From: an uncultured Spirochaetota bacterium
GTDB lineage: Bacteria; Spirochaetota; UBA4802; UBA5550
DNA: 64,000 nucleotides
Assembly: GCA_963827275.1 (NCBI GenBank)
Contig: CAWHAA010000008.1
Span: 416,001-480,000, forward strand
Direction of reading: 5' to 3'
The notes under the pieces were generated by a model. That model saw only the letters and a program-made list of their open reading frames with translations. It ran no database searches and was not told where the DNA came from. A program made the position numbers and the translations under genes. Shown one piece after another: positions 20,225 to 29,642 of the stretch. How positions within the stretch are numbered: position 1 is the stretch's first letter; the number at the start of each line of letters is the position of its first letter.

Positions 20225-22303
20225 ATGCTTACAGACGCGAATTTTCTGCTTGAGCTGGGGACCGAGGAGATACCCGCCGGTTACCTGCCGCCCGCGATCG
20301 AGGCGATAAAAAAAGCCTTCACCGACAGCCTGACCGCCGGCCGCATCGGCTTCGACCGGGTCGAGGCGTACGCGACGCCGCGCCGCACCGCAGTGCTCAT
20401 AACCGGGCTTGCGGCGGCGCAGCGCGAGGAAGAGGTGGAGCTGAAGGGCCCGTCGGTGAAGGCGGCGTACGATGCGGCCGGGAAGCCGACGAAAGCGCTT
20501 GAAGGCTTCATCAAGGGCAACGGGATCACGGCAGAGGACGTCTTCTCGAAAGAATCGGAGAAGGGCGCCTACCTGTTCGCAAAAAAGAGGCTCGATGCGA
20601 AGAAGACCGCAGACCTGCTCCCCGGGATCATCTCGCAGATCGTCGGCGCCGTCCCCTATCCAAAGAGGATGCGGTGGAGCGACAAGTCCGTCACCTTCCC
20701 GCGGCCGATCCGGTATTTCCTGATCCTGTTCAACGACAGGGTCGTTCCCTTCGAGATTGACGGCATCGCATCATCAAACAGGACGCGCGGGCACTACATC
20801 CAGCATAACGAGATGGTGGAAGTCGCTTCGATAAAGCAATACGGCGATATTTTAAAGAAGAACGGCGTCGTCATCGACCAGGACGAGCGGCGCGCGATGA
20901 TACGGAAAGAGCTGGCCGCGGCCGCGCAGAAGGCGGGCGGGAGGCTCCTCGAGGACGAGCCGCTCCTGGACACGGTGACCTACCTGGTGGAGCAGCCGGC
21001 GGTCTGCGCGTGCACGTTTGACCGCCAGTTCCTGAAGCTCCCCGACATCGTCCTCATCGCGGAGATGCGCGAGCACCAGAAATACTTTTCCGTGGTGGAC
21101 GGCAGCGGGAAGCTTACCGACACCTTCCTCGTCGTATCGAACAACCCGCCGACGGCGAACGTCAGGGCGGGGAACGAGCGCGTCATCACGGCGCGCTTCA
21201 ACGACGCGCGCTTCTTCTACGACGAGGACCGGAAGGTGAAGCTCGCCGACCGGGTCGAGTCGCTGAAGAGCGTGATGTTCCACAAGGAGCTGGGCTCCAT
21301 CCACGACAAGGTCGGGCGGATGCAGGCGATCGCCGATCATATCGGGGAGGCGCTCAAGCTCGACGGCGCCCTCAGGAAAAAAATTTCGCGCGCCGTGGCG
21401 CTGTGCAAGACGGACCTGATGACCGCGGTGGTGTTCGAGTTTCCCTCCCTGCAGGGGAAGATCGGCAGGGTCTACGCCCTCGAGGACGGCGAGGACGCCG
21501 ACGTGGCGGACGCCATGGAAGACCACTACAAGCCGCGCTTCAGCGGCGAGCCGCTGCCGGCCGGCATGACGTCAGTCGTCGTCTCCCTCGCGGAAAAGCT
21601 CGACAATATCTTCGGCTCCTTTTCCGTGGGCAACATCCCCAAGGGCTCGGCCGACCCGTACGCGCTGCGGCGACAGTCGAACGCCATCGTCGAGCTCCTT
21701 ATCAAGAATGAAATCAACCTGGAGATGAACGGCCTTCTCGGTTCCGTGGCGAAAAACTACCGCGGCGGGGAGGGCCTGGTCGGCAAGATCGTCGAGTTCA
21801 TCGCCGTGCGGGCGAAGACGATCTTTTCCGAAAGCGGCCTCTCGCACGACGAGATCGACGCCTGCCTCTCCACCGGCCTCTCCGATTTCCTGGAGCTCTT
21901 CCGCCGCGCGAAGAGCATCAGCGATTTCAGGAAGAACGAAAAGTTCTCGCAGATGCTCTTAAGCTTCAAGCGGATGAACAACATCGTGTCCGCGTTCCGG
22001 AAAGAGAACAGGGACTACCCGCTCTCGACCGATCCCTCCCTGTTCGGCTGCGAGGAGGAGAAGGAGCTGCACCGCTTTTTCGACTCCCGCGCTGACGCCA
22101 TTGACCGGTGCATAGCCGGCAGCAATTACCTGGAGCTCTTCGGGCTCCTCATCGAGGGCAAGCCGATCATCGATAATTTCTTCGACACGGTCCTGGTCAT
22201 GGACAAGGACGTCAAACTGCGGGACAACAGGCTCGCGACGCTCGAGGGGATCCTGAAGCATTTTACCTCCCTGATGGATTTCTCGAAGATCGAGGACCGG
22301 TGA
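20225..22303 (+). CDS. glyS: Glycine--tRNA ligase beta subunit
   Basis: LLELGTEEIP, YATPRR, MREHQKYF, GSADPYALRR, DALR tail. Confidence 0.98.
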   Translation: MLTDANFLLELGTEEIPAGYLPPAIEAIKKAFTDSLTAGRIGFDRVEAYATPRRTAVLITGLAAAQREEEVELKGPSVKAAYDAAGKPTKALEGFIKGNGITAEDVFSKESEKGAYLFAKKRLDAKKTADLLPGIISQIVGAVPYPKRMRWSDKSVTFPRPIRYFLILFNDRVVPFEIDGIASSNRTRGHYIQHNEMVEVASIKQYGDILKKNGVVIDQDERRAMIRKELAAAAQKAGGRLLEDEPLLDTVTYLVEQPAVCACTFDRQFLKLPDIVLIAEMREHQKYFSVVDGSGKLTDTFLVVSNNPPTANVRAGNERVITARFNDARFFYDEDRKVKLADRVESLKSVMFHKELGSIHDKVGRMQAIADHIGEALKLDGALRKKISRAVALCKTDLMTAVVFEFPSLQGKIGRVYALEDGEDADVADAMEDHYKPRFSGEPLPAGMTSVVVSLAEKLDNIFGSFSVGNIPKGSADPYALRRQSNAIVELLIKNEINLEMNGLLGSVAKNYRGGEGLVGKIVEFIAVRAKTIFSESGLSHDEIDACLSTGLSDFLELFRRAKSISDFRKNEKFSQMLLSFKRMNNIVSAFRKENRDYPLSTDPSLFGCEEEKELHRFFDSRADAIDRCIAGSNYLELFGLLIEGKPIIDNFFDTVLVMDKDVKLRDNRLATLEGILKHFTSLMDFSKIEDR

Positions 22304-22324
22304 GGACCGGACCGGGGATGGGCC

Positions 22325-23002
22325 ATGTTTGATCCTGACGCGAAGAAGACGGTATTCACCTATATAAAGGCGTTCGTATACCTCGCCAGGTCGTTTTTCC
22401 ATTACCACCTCTCGTTCAAGAAGAAGTTCGTCCGTATCGGCGGCCATCCGGACGTCTGGGGGATCTGGAACGTCGTGGTGTACGGCCCCAACATCAGCAT
22501 CGGCTCCGGAGTGATCATCGTCGCCGCGGACGGCCACCGCACGAACATCTCGTCGATCAAGATGGGCGGCATCGAGGGGCGCATCGACATCGGGAACAAT
22601 GTGCTCGTCATGAACGGGGTGCGGATCAGCTCCGCCAGCTCCATCACCATCGGCGACGGGTGCATGCTGGCCAATTTCTGCTACCTCACCGATTCCGACT
22701 GGCACGATATCCACGACCGGACCAGCGCGCCCGGGGCGTGCGCGCCCATCGTGCTCGAACGGGGCGCGTGGATCGGCGATTCCGCGATCGTGTGCAAGGG
22801 CGTGCGCGTGGGCGAGAATTCGATCGTGGGGGCCGGCGCCGTGGTCACCAGGGACGTGCCCCCCAATGCGGTCGTTGCCGGCAATCCGGCGCGCGTGGTC
22901 AAGAAGCTTGACCCGGAAAAGATCATCCTCATGGGCGAGTGGGAGAAGAAGCGGCTGCTGCGGCAGGAACCGATAACTATCATGCGCAGGGAGCGCCGAT
23001 GA
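22325..23002 (+). CDS. Hexapeptide-repeat acyltransferase
   Basis: IGDGC, DSDWHD, IVGAGAVVTRDVPPNAVVAGNPAR. Confidence 0.9.
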   Translation: MFDPDAKKTVFTYIKAFVYLARSFFHYHLSFKKKFVRIGGHPDVWGIWNVVVYGPNISIGSGVIIVAADGHRTNISSIKMGGIEGRIDIGNNVLVMNGVRISSASSITIGDGCMLANFCYLTDSDWHDIHDRTSAPGACAPIVLERGAWIGDSAIVCKGVRVGENSIVGAGAVVTRDVPPNAVVAGNPARVVKKLDPEKIILMGEWEKKRLLRQEPITIMRRERR

Positions 23003-24237
23003 ACTCGGAACGTCCCCTCACCATATGCCTCCTCTGCTACCGGGGGAACCCCTACTCGGGCGGCCAGGGGATCTACCTCAAGTACATAGCCGACGAGATG
23101 GTGCGCCAGGGCCACGAGGTCCACGCGATCGTGGGGCCGCCCTATCCCTTTCCCATGAAGGGCGTCACGCTGCACAAAATCCACAACAACCAGTATTTCG
23201 TCCGGAAAAAGTTCGACATCATCGAGCGTGGCGATCCGTTCGGCATATTCAGGCCGCTCAATTTCTACGAGTACCTTGCCAGCCGCACCGGCGCCTTTTC
23301 GGAGATCAGCACCTTCGGGTGGCGCGCCTATATGCTGCTCCGCGAGCTCCACGCGCGGCACGGCTTCGACGTGATACACGACAACCAGTCGGTCGGCTAC
23401 GGCCTCCTGATGATGAAGGCCTTCGGCGTGCCGGTGGTGGCCACCATCCACCATCCCCTCTCGATCGACCTCGTCAACGTGCTCGAGCGGACGCAGAAGT
23501 TCAAAAACAAGCTCAAGACCGCGATGTTCTACCCCACGATGATGCAGTCCATCGTGTCGAAGCGGCTTGACCACATCATCACCGTGTCCGAGGACTCGAA
23601 GAGAATGATCAACCGCGACTTCGGCGTGCCGATGGAGAAGCAGACGGTGGTGTACAACGGCATTGACCGGAGCGTGTTCAGGCCGCTGACCGGCGTGAAG
23701 AAAAAAACAGGAAAGATCATCTTCGTCGGCAACGTGGAGGACGGCAAGAAGGGCTTTGTCTATTTATTGAAGGCGATGCCGCTCATAGACCGCCGGGTCA
23801 GGCTCACCGTGGTGGACGGCGGCGCGCCGCACCACAAGGTGACCGACCGGCTGATGGCCTCGCTCGGCCTGGAGGGCCGTGTCGAGTTCACCGGCAAAAT
23901 GACGACCGGGGATCTGGTGCGGCACTACGGCGAGTCGGAGATCGCGATCGTGCCGTCCGTGTACGAAGGGTTCGGGCTCCCGGCCGCGGAGGCGATGTCG
24001 TGCGGCGTGCCGGTCGTGTCGAGCGACGGCGGCGCGCTCCCGGAGGTGGTGGGCGGCGCCGGCATCGTGGCACCCGCACGCGACCACGAGGCGATCGCGA
24101 AGGCGGTGAACACCCTTTTCGCCGACCGCGCCCTCATGAAGGAGATGGGGCAGGCCGGCATCGAGCGGGTGAAGGAGCACTTCAACTGGGAAAAGGCGGT
24201 GCGGGAGATAGTCGCGGTGTACCGGCGGTTTATCTGA
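22999..24237 (+). CDS. Glycosyltransferase family 4
   Basis: SGGQGIY, PSVYEGFGLPAAEAMSCG; ATGA overlap with upstream gene. Confidence 0.93.
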   Translation: MNSERPLTICLLCYRGNPYSGGQGIYLKYIADEMVRQGHEVHAIVGPPYPFPMKGVTLHKIHNNQYFVRKKFDIIERGDPFGIFRPLNFYEYLASRTGAFSEISTFGWRAYMLLRELHARHGFDVIHDNQSVGYGLLMMKAFGVPVVATIHHPLSIDLVNVLERTQKFKNKLKTAMFYPTMMQSIVSKRLDHIITVSEDSKRMINRDFGVPMEKQTVVYNGIDRSVFRPLTGVKKKTGKIIFVGNVEDGKKGFVYLLKAMPLIDRRVRLTVVDGGAPHHKVTDRLMASLGLEGRVEFTGKMTTGDLVRHYGESEIAIVPSVYEGFGLPAAEAMSCGVPVVSSDGGALPEVVGGAGIVAPARDHEAIAKAVNTLFADRALMKEMGQAGIERVKEHFNWEKAVREIVAVYRRFI

Positions 24238-24664
24238 GAGATCCCGGCATGGATTCGACATAGGCCTTTATCTCGTCCCGCACGCGGCGATAGTGGACCA
24301 TTGCCTCCTCCTCCGATGCCGCGTGTTTCGCCAGCTCCGGCGGATCGTCGAACCCGCGGTGAATGAATTTTGCGTTGCCGCGGAAAAAGGGGCAGGTTTC
24401 CGACTCGCCGCCGCACAGCGTGACGACGTAATCCAGTCTCATACCGCCGAATTCATCATCATGCTTCGATCGCTGTCCCGATATATCGATCCCGATTTCG
24501 GCCATGGCCCTGACGGCCAGCGGGTCGAGGCCCGCCGGCCTGCTGCCGGCAGAATACGCCTCGATGATATCGCCCTTCAGGGACCGGGCCAGCCCTTCGG
24601 CCATCTGGCTGCGGCAGGAATTCCCGGTGCAGAGGAAGAGTATTTTCAGCTTTTTATCAGTCAT
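24230..24664 (-). CDS. arsC: Arsenate reductase ArsC (LMW-PTP, thioredoxin-coupled)
   Basis: FLCTGNSCRSQMAEG, VTLC...ETCP, FDDP; next to acr3. Confidence 0.95.
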   Translation of the reverse strand: MTDKKLKILFLCTGNSCRSQMAEGLARSLKGDIIEAYSAGSRPAGLDPLAVRAMAEIGIDISGQRSKHDDEFGGMRLDYVVTLCGGESETCPFFRGNAKFIHRGFDDPPELAKHAASEEEAMVHYRRVRDEIKAYVESMPGSLR

Positions 24665-24672
24665 GTGAAGAA

Positions 24673-25719
24673 TCATCCACCGAAATAGTTCTTTTTAAAA
24701 TACAGCGCCACGTTCACCAGGCCGATCATGACGGGCACCTCGACCAGCGGGCCGATGACCGCGGCGAAGGCGGCGCCGGAATTGATGCCGAAGACCGCCA
24801 CTGCCACGGCGATGGCAAGCTCAAAGTTGTTGCTCGCGGCGGTGAATGAAAGGGTCGTCGCAACCGGGTACCCGGCGCCTATCTTTTTACTCATGTAGAA
24901 GCTTACCAGGAACATCACGACAAAATAGATGAGCAGCGGAATGGCGATCCGCACGACATCGAGCGGGATCTTTACGATGTACTCGCCCTTCAGGCTGAAC
25001 ATGACCAGGATTGTAAATAAAAGCGCGATGAGCGTGATGGGACTGATTTTCGGGATGAATTTTGTCTGGTACCATTCCTTGTTTTTCAGCTTGATGAGCG
25101 CGAACCGGGTTATGATGCCGGCAATGAAGGGTATGCCCAGGTAGATAAAAACGCTCTTTGCGATCTGCCCTATGGTGATGTCCACAACGCTGCCCGTGAG
25201 CCCGAAGAGCGGCGGCAGCACGGTGATGAAAAACCACGCATACACGCTGAAGAACAGCACCTGGAAGATGCTGTTGAAGGCTACGAGACCGGCCGCGTAT
25301 TCAGTGTCGCCCTTGGCAAGGTCATTCCACACGATCACCATGGCGATGCAGCGCGCCAGACCTATCATGATGAGGCCCACCATGTATTCGGGATAACCGC
25401 TCAGGAAGGTGATGGCGAGAAAAAACATGAGCACCGGCCCGACAAGCCAGTTCTGAATAAGGGAAAGCCCGAGCACCTTCCAGTTTTTAAACACGTCGCC
25501 GAGTTCTTCATATTTAACTTTCGCCAGCGGCGGGTACATCATGAGGATAAGGCCGATCGCGATCGGTATGTTCGTGGTTCCGGACTGGAACTGGTTCCAG
25601 AAGGCGGCTGTTTCCGGAATGAAGTATCCCAGGGCCACGCCGATTGCCATGGCGGCGAAGATCCAGATAGTGAGAAAGCGGTCGATGAATGATAATTTAC
25701 TTGTTATTCCTTCGCTCAT
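24673..25719 (-). CDS. acr3: Acr3 family arsenite efflux transporter
   Basis: [37 protein letters not shown]. Confidence 0.97.
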   Translation of the reverse strand: MSEGITSKLSFIDRFLTIWIFAAMAIGVALGYFIPETAAFWNQFQSGTTNIPIAIGLILMMYPPLAKVKYEELGDVFKNWKVLGLSLIQNWLVGPVLMFFLAITFLSGYPEYMVGLIMIGLARCIAMVIVWNDLAKGDTEYAAGLVAFNSIFQVLFFSVYAWFFITVLPPLFGLTGSVVDITIGQIAKSVFIYLGIPFIAGIITRFALIKLKNKEWYQTKFIPKISPITLIALLFTILVMFSLKGEYIVKIPLDVVRIAIPLLIYFVVMFLVSFYMSKKIGAGYPVATTLSFTAASNNFELAIAVAVAVFGINSGAAFAAVIGPLVEVPVMIGLVNVALYFKKNYFGG

Positions 25720-25733
25720 TGCTTTTCTCCATG

Positions 25734-26432
25734 CTATGTAAGTTGTATCCCGAAAATATAGACCATGCAAAAATATATTCCCACGAGTATAAAGAGAGCG
25801 CCGGTGCCGCGGCGCGCCCACAATTCCATTCGCGACACCATGTTGAAAGCATTCGACAGGTAGTTGGCCCCGAAGGCCAGGATGAGCCCGAAGACCAGTA
25901 TCGGAAGCGCGGTGCCCGCGCCGTAGAGCAGGGGAAGGAGGAGAGGGGAGGCGTTGCGCACCGCGAGCGGGAGGAGGCTGCCGAAAAAGAGCGCGGCCGA
26001 CACCGGGCAGAACGCCAGGGCAAAGACGACCCCCATGATAAAGGAAGCGGCAAAAATATTTTTTTCAGCCAGCCGTCCGAGTCTTGATGAGTCGGTCCCC
26101 CTGCCGGCAGGGAGCCGCAGCAGGCCGAGGAGGAACATCCCGGCAATGATGAGGACCGGACCGAGGATCCTGTTCATGTAGCGCTGTAAAAAATTTGACA
26201 CGGAGGGGATAGAGAGCAGGCTTGTTACAAGAAGGGCGGCAAGGGCCGCATAGGCCGCCATCCTTCCCAGGAGATAGAGCAGCGAGCTGATGACGGCGGT
26301 CCGTTTTTTTGCGGCGTTTTTGCCGATGTACGACACCGCCGCGATGTTCGTCGCCAGCGGGCAGGGGCTGACGGACGTCAGAACGCCGAGCCACAGGGCG
26401 GCGATAATTCCGGTGGTCAATTCTCCGCTCAT
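25734..26432 (-). CDS. arsG: ArsG-family / CcdA(DsbD)-like membrane protein
   Basis: About 6 [13 protein letters not shown] and FCPVS motifs. Confidence 0.8.
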   Translation of the reverse strand: MSGELTTGIIAALWLGVLTSVSPCPLATNIAAVSYIGKNAAKKRTAVISSLLYLLGRMAAYAALAALLVTSLLSIPSVSNFLQRYMNRILGPVLIIAGMFLLGLLRLPAGRGTDSSRLGRLAEKNIFAASFIMGVVFALAFCPVSAALFFGSLLPLAVRNASPLLLPLLYGAGTALPILVFGLILAFGANYLSNAFNMVSRMELWARRGTGALFILVGIYFCMVYIFGIQLT

Positions 26433-26935
26433 ATCTGTTTTAAAAATCCGGCAATTTCATTTTTTATATAAGCGGTGAAAGACGGTTCGTCCCGGACCAG
26501 CTCCCATATCCTGTCCAGGTTTTTCCACCGGACCCGCGTGCCTTTTTCCGTATCGACGATAACAACCGACTTGGTAAAAAGCCTGAAGTCATCCACGAAA
26601 TGCCTGTTTTCGAGAAGCTCAATATTGACGGGGCTCCATGTTATCCTTTTTGAGGCAAGTTCCGCGGAAAAATTATCCCGAACTGCTGATGCGGTCAGGG
26701 CCTCTATTTTACGGCAGGTCGGGCACCGTGCGGTCGTGTGAAAATAATAGACCGTCAGGGCGCGCTCCTGTGCCGGGACGCCGGTGTCCGGCGTGGATTG
26801 GCCCGATGCCGGCGACACGCCCGCTGCGGCCGTTTCGTTCTTTGCGGAATTCCGCACCTCGGTTGCGACCAGGTAGATGGCGCTTGCCGCAACGAAAATC
26901 GATAATACTATGGTGGTGATTCTTCTTGCTTTCAT
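26429..26935 (-). CDS. arsF: ArsF-family exported thioredoxin-like protein
   Basis: N-terminal membrane anchor, YYFHTTARCPTCRKIE. Confidence 0.78.
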   Translation of the reverse strand: MKARRITTIVLSIFVAASAIYLVATEVRNSAKNETAAAGVSPASGQSTPDTGVPAQERALTVYYFHTTARCPTCRKIEALTASAVRDNFSAELASKRITWSPVNIELLENRHFVDDFRLFTKSVVIVDTEKGTRVRWKNLDRIWELVRDEPSFTAYIKNEIAGFLKQI

Positions 26936-26965
26936 CAGAATATCCTTATTAATATGTTCTGCGCA

Positions 26966-27373
26966 TCAACAGGTCCCGGCGCACGGACCGCCCGCCTGCC
27001 CCGCGCCGGGAGACGGCTCTTCCATATGCACGATACGGTCACATAGTGAATTGACGATCTCATCTGTCGGCGTCGTCTTTCCCTTTTCAATGCCGAAATC
27101 GGTCAGGACATACGATGCCGGCGATACCCCTATGCGCTCCAGTGTCTTTTTCGCGCACATGGTCCCGCACCCGTCTATAGTGATGTTGAGTTCCGCCCCG
27201 CGCGCGGATTCAACGAATCCTGACAGGTCAGCACCGATACCCGCGAGGCAGGTCATGCGCGCGAAGCCCGCGTCGCGGAGCTTGCGCGACACCCGGTCCG
27301 CGATCTGGCCCACGTCGGCAGAGCCCGAGCATGAGTATAGCAGTTTTACGCCGCCGGAGCAACAATCAGCCAT
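26966..27373 (-). CDS. DGC-domain putative zinc-binding protein
   Basis: YSCSG, MTCLAG, IDGCGTMCAKK. Confidence 0.88.
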   Translation of the reverse strand: MADCCSGGVKLLYSCSGSADVGQIADRVSRKLRDAGFARMTCLAGIGADLSGFVESARGAELNITIDGCGTMCAKKTLERIGVSPASYVLTDFGIEKGKTTPTDEIVNSLCDRIVHMEEPSPGAGQAGGPCAGTC

Positions 27374-27384
27374 GCTGCGACCTC

Positions 27385-27615
27385 CTATGATATAAGTTTT
27401 TTTATCTCTTCAAGGGAGGGTATCTTTCCCGCCACCTTGACCACGCCATCCTTGACCAGCGCCGGTGTGATCATGACGCCATAGTTGGTAATAGCGGTAA
27501 TGTCTTTGACATGATTGATCTGTGCGTCCACGCCCATCTCATCCACGGCCTGGCGCGTCAGCTCTTCAAGCTTCTGGCATTTGGCGCAGCCGCTGCCCAG
27601 TATCTCAAGTAACAT
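27385..27615 (-). CDS. Small redox-active disulfide protein (thioredoxin family)
   Basis: ILGSGCAKC, YGVMITPALV. Confidence 0.92.
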   Translation of the reverse strand: MLLEILGSGCAKCQKLEELTRQAVDEMGVDAQINHVKDITAITNYGVMITPALVKDGVVKVAGKIPSLEEIKKLIS

Positions 27616-27637
27616 GGGGTATCTCCTTTGTGTATAT

Positions 27638-28951
27638 TTAAAATAAAGAGCCGAAAATCATCCCTGACAGTGTCGCCATGATAACAACCAGTACCACGTA
27701 TACAGCGGTCTTTTGCCACCCGATAACGCTTTTAATGACCAGCATGCTCGGGAGCGAAAGTGCTGGACCGGCCAGCAAAAGCGCAAGCGCAGGGCCCTTG
27801 CCCATGCCGCTCCCGATAAGGCCCTGCACGATGGGCACCTCGGTGAGAGTGGCGAAGTACATGAATGCGCCGGATATTGCCGCGAAAAAATTAGCCCACA
27901 GGGAGTTGCCACCCACAGCCCAGGCGACCCATTCGTTTGGAATTACACCCTCTTTGCCAACGCGTCCAAGCAGAAAGCCCGCGATAAGCACACCGAAGAG
28001 AAGGAGGGGCAATATCTGCTTGGCGAAATCCCACGTCGAGACGAACCATCCTCCGGTTTCTCCTTTATCGGTGCTGGTGATGACCGAAAGGCCGATAGCG
28101 CCAGCGGAGAAAGCGAGGATGGGTTGTGACGGGATCGCGATCGAAAGAGCGACAACCGGCACGGCGGCCAGAAGCACCTTCCACCACTTCAACTCGAACC
28201 ACACGACCAGCACGACGGCGAAGAGTGCCGCTGATGCGCCGGTGATGATCCATTTGAGATTATATATTTCATACCAGAATCCGCTGGTTTCAACCGGCTT
28301 TCCCCAGTTGGCGAATACCAGGATTGCGATCATTGAAGCGAAGTAGATGATATTTTTCCAGAGCGCCCGCTTCACCTCCGGCTCCGGCATGTTCATGGCG
28401 GCCCTGGCTTTTTCAACTTCTTCCTTTCGATAAATAAAGTGCATGGCAAGGCCGATAACAACGCTGAAAACTACCGCCCCGACAGCACGCGCGATTCCTA
28501 TTTCAATTCCCAGGATCCTTGCCGTAAGTACTATGGCTAAAACGTTAATGGCTGGACCTGAATAGAGAAAGGCCGTGGCCGGCCCGAGTCCCGCTCCCAT
28601 CCGGTAGATACCGGAGAAGAGGGGGAGGACCGTACAGGAACAGACCGCGAGAATAGTTCCGGAAACGGACGACACGCCGTACGCAATGGCTTTGTTCGCC
28701 GTTGGGCCAAGGTATTTCATGACCGACTCCTGGCTTACAAAGACGGCAATAGCTCCGGCGATGAAAAAGGCCGGCACCAGGCAGAGGAGGACGTGCTCCT
28801 GCGCGTACCACTTGACAAGGTAGAGCGCCTCGAATACGGCGTTATCGAAGCGGGGGACCCCCACCGGCAGGTAAAACAGAAGCAAAAATGTTCCCGCTAT
28901 CCACAGCAATGGTTTCCATTCAGTCTTCCAGATCATTGTCACTGTCTCCAC
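27638..28951 (-). CDS. arsP: ArsP/DUF318 family permease
   Basis: AVCSCTVLPLF, FLYSGPAIN, MYFATLTEVPI, GPALSLP. Confidence 0.82.
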   Translation of the reverse strand: METVTMIWKTEWKPLLWIAGTFLLLFYLPVGVPRFDNAVFEALYLVKWYAQEHVLLCLVPAFFIAGAIAVFVSQESVMKYLGPTANKAIAYGVSSVSGTILAVCSCTVLPLFSGIYRMGAGLGPATAFLYSGPAINVLAIVLTARILGIEIGIARAVGAVVFSVVIGLAMHFIYRKEEVEKARAAMNMPEPEVKRALWKNIIYFASMIAILVFANWGKPVETSGFWYEIYNLKWIITGASAALFAVVLVVWFELKWWKVLLAAVPVVALSIAIPSQPILAFSAGAIGLSVITSTDKGETGGWFVSTWDFAKQILPLLLFGVLIAGFLLGRVGKEGVIPNEWVAWAVGGNSLWANFFAAISGAFMYFATLTEVPIVQGLIGSGMGKGPALALLLAGPALSLPSMLVIKSVIGWQKTAVYVVLVVIMATLSGMIFGSLF

Positions 28952-28972
28952 TGTGTCATTATTGATGAAGTG

Positions 28973-29326
28973 CTAACGGCCGGCTGTCGATATTTTTATC
29001 CCGCAGCACTGCGCTATGTTCATCTGCTTTTCCACGTTCGTTTTCAGGACTGTCTCGATGCAGCCGATGAAGTCGAGCACGCAGGGACAGCAGAGCGTAT
29101 AGTAGATGCTGGTGCCGCGCTTTTCGTCGAGGACCAGGCCGACGTTTTTCAGCACGCTCAGGTGCTTGGACACGGTGGAGACGTCCGAGCCGATCATGTC
29201 GGTGAGCTCGTTCACGCACCGTTCCGCCTTGTGCAGCTCCTCGATGATGAAGAGACGCGTGGGGTGTCCCATTGCCTTGAGTATGTTCGCCCTGGCCTCG
29301 TATTGCGGGTGCAGTTTCTGTTCCAT
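28973..29326 (-). CDS. arsR: ArsR/SmtB family metalloregulator
   Basis: KAMGHPTRL, RCVNEL, STVSKHLSVLKNVGLV, CCPC and C-terminal CC. Confidence 0.93.
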   Translation of the reverse strand: MEQKLHPQYEARANILKAMGHPTRLFIIEELHKAERCVNELTDMIGSDVSTVSKHLSVLKNVGLVLDEKRGTSIYYTLCCPCVLDFIGCIETVLKTNVEKQMNIAQCCGIKISTAGR

Positions 29327-29339
29327 TGTTCGCGCTCCT

Positions 29340-29642
29340 TCAGCAGCAACTGGTTGATTGCCCGCCGGCCGGGCCGCCGCAGTCGCAGGACGGCTCGCTA
29401 CCGGTCAGCATGCCCTTGATGATCGCCGCGGCGCAGCCCACGCCCGAGCCGACCGTGAGCGCGCCGAACTCGCAGTTCAGGGCGCAGGCGCCGCATTCCA
29501 TGCAGAGGTCTTTGTCGGTGATATGCGCTTTCCCCTCCCGCATCTCGAATACCGCGTGCGGGCACACCTCGGTGCAGCGGCGGCACCCGGTGCATTTTTC
29601 CCGGTCGTACGCGAGCGTGGCCACGTTTTTCAGATATTTCAT
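29340..29642 (-). CDS. hgcB: Mercury methylation ferredoxin HgcB
   Basis: CTGCRRCTEVCPH, CMECGACALNC, GVGCA, terminal CC; ATGA-coupled to hgcA. Confidence 0.97.
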   Translation of the reverse strand: MKYLKNVATLAYDREKCTGCRRCTEVCPHAVFEMREGKAHITDKDLCMECGACALNCEFGALTVGSGVGCAAAIIKGMLTGSEPSCDCGGPAGGQSTSCC

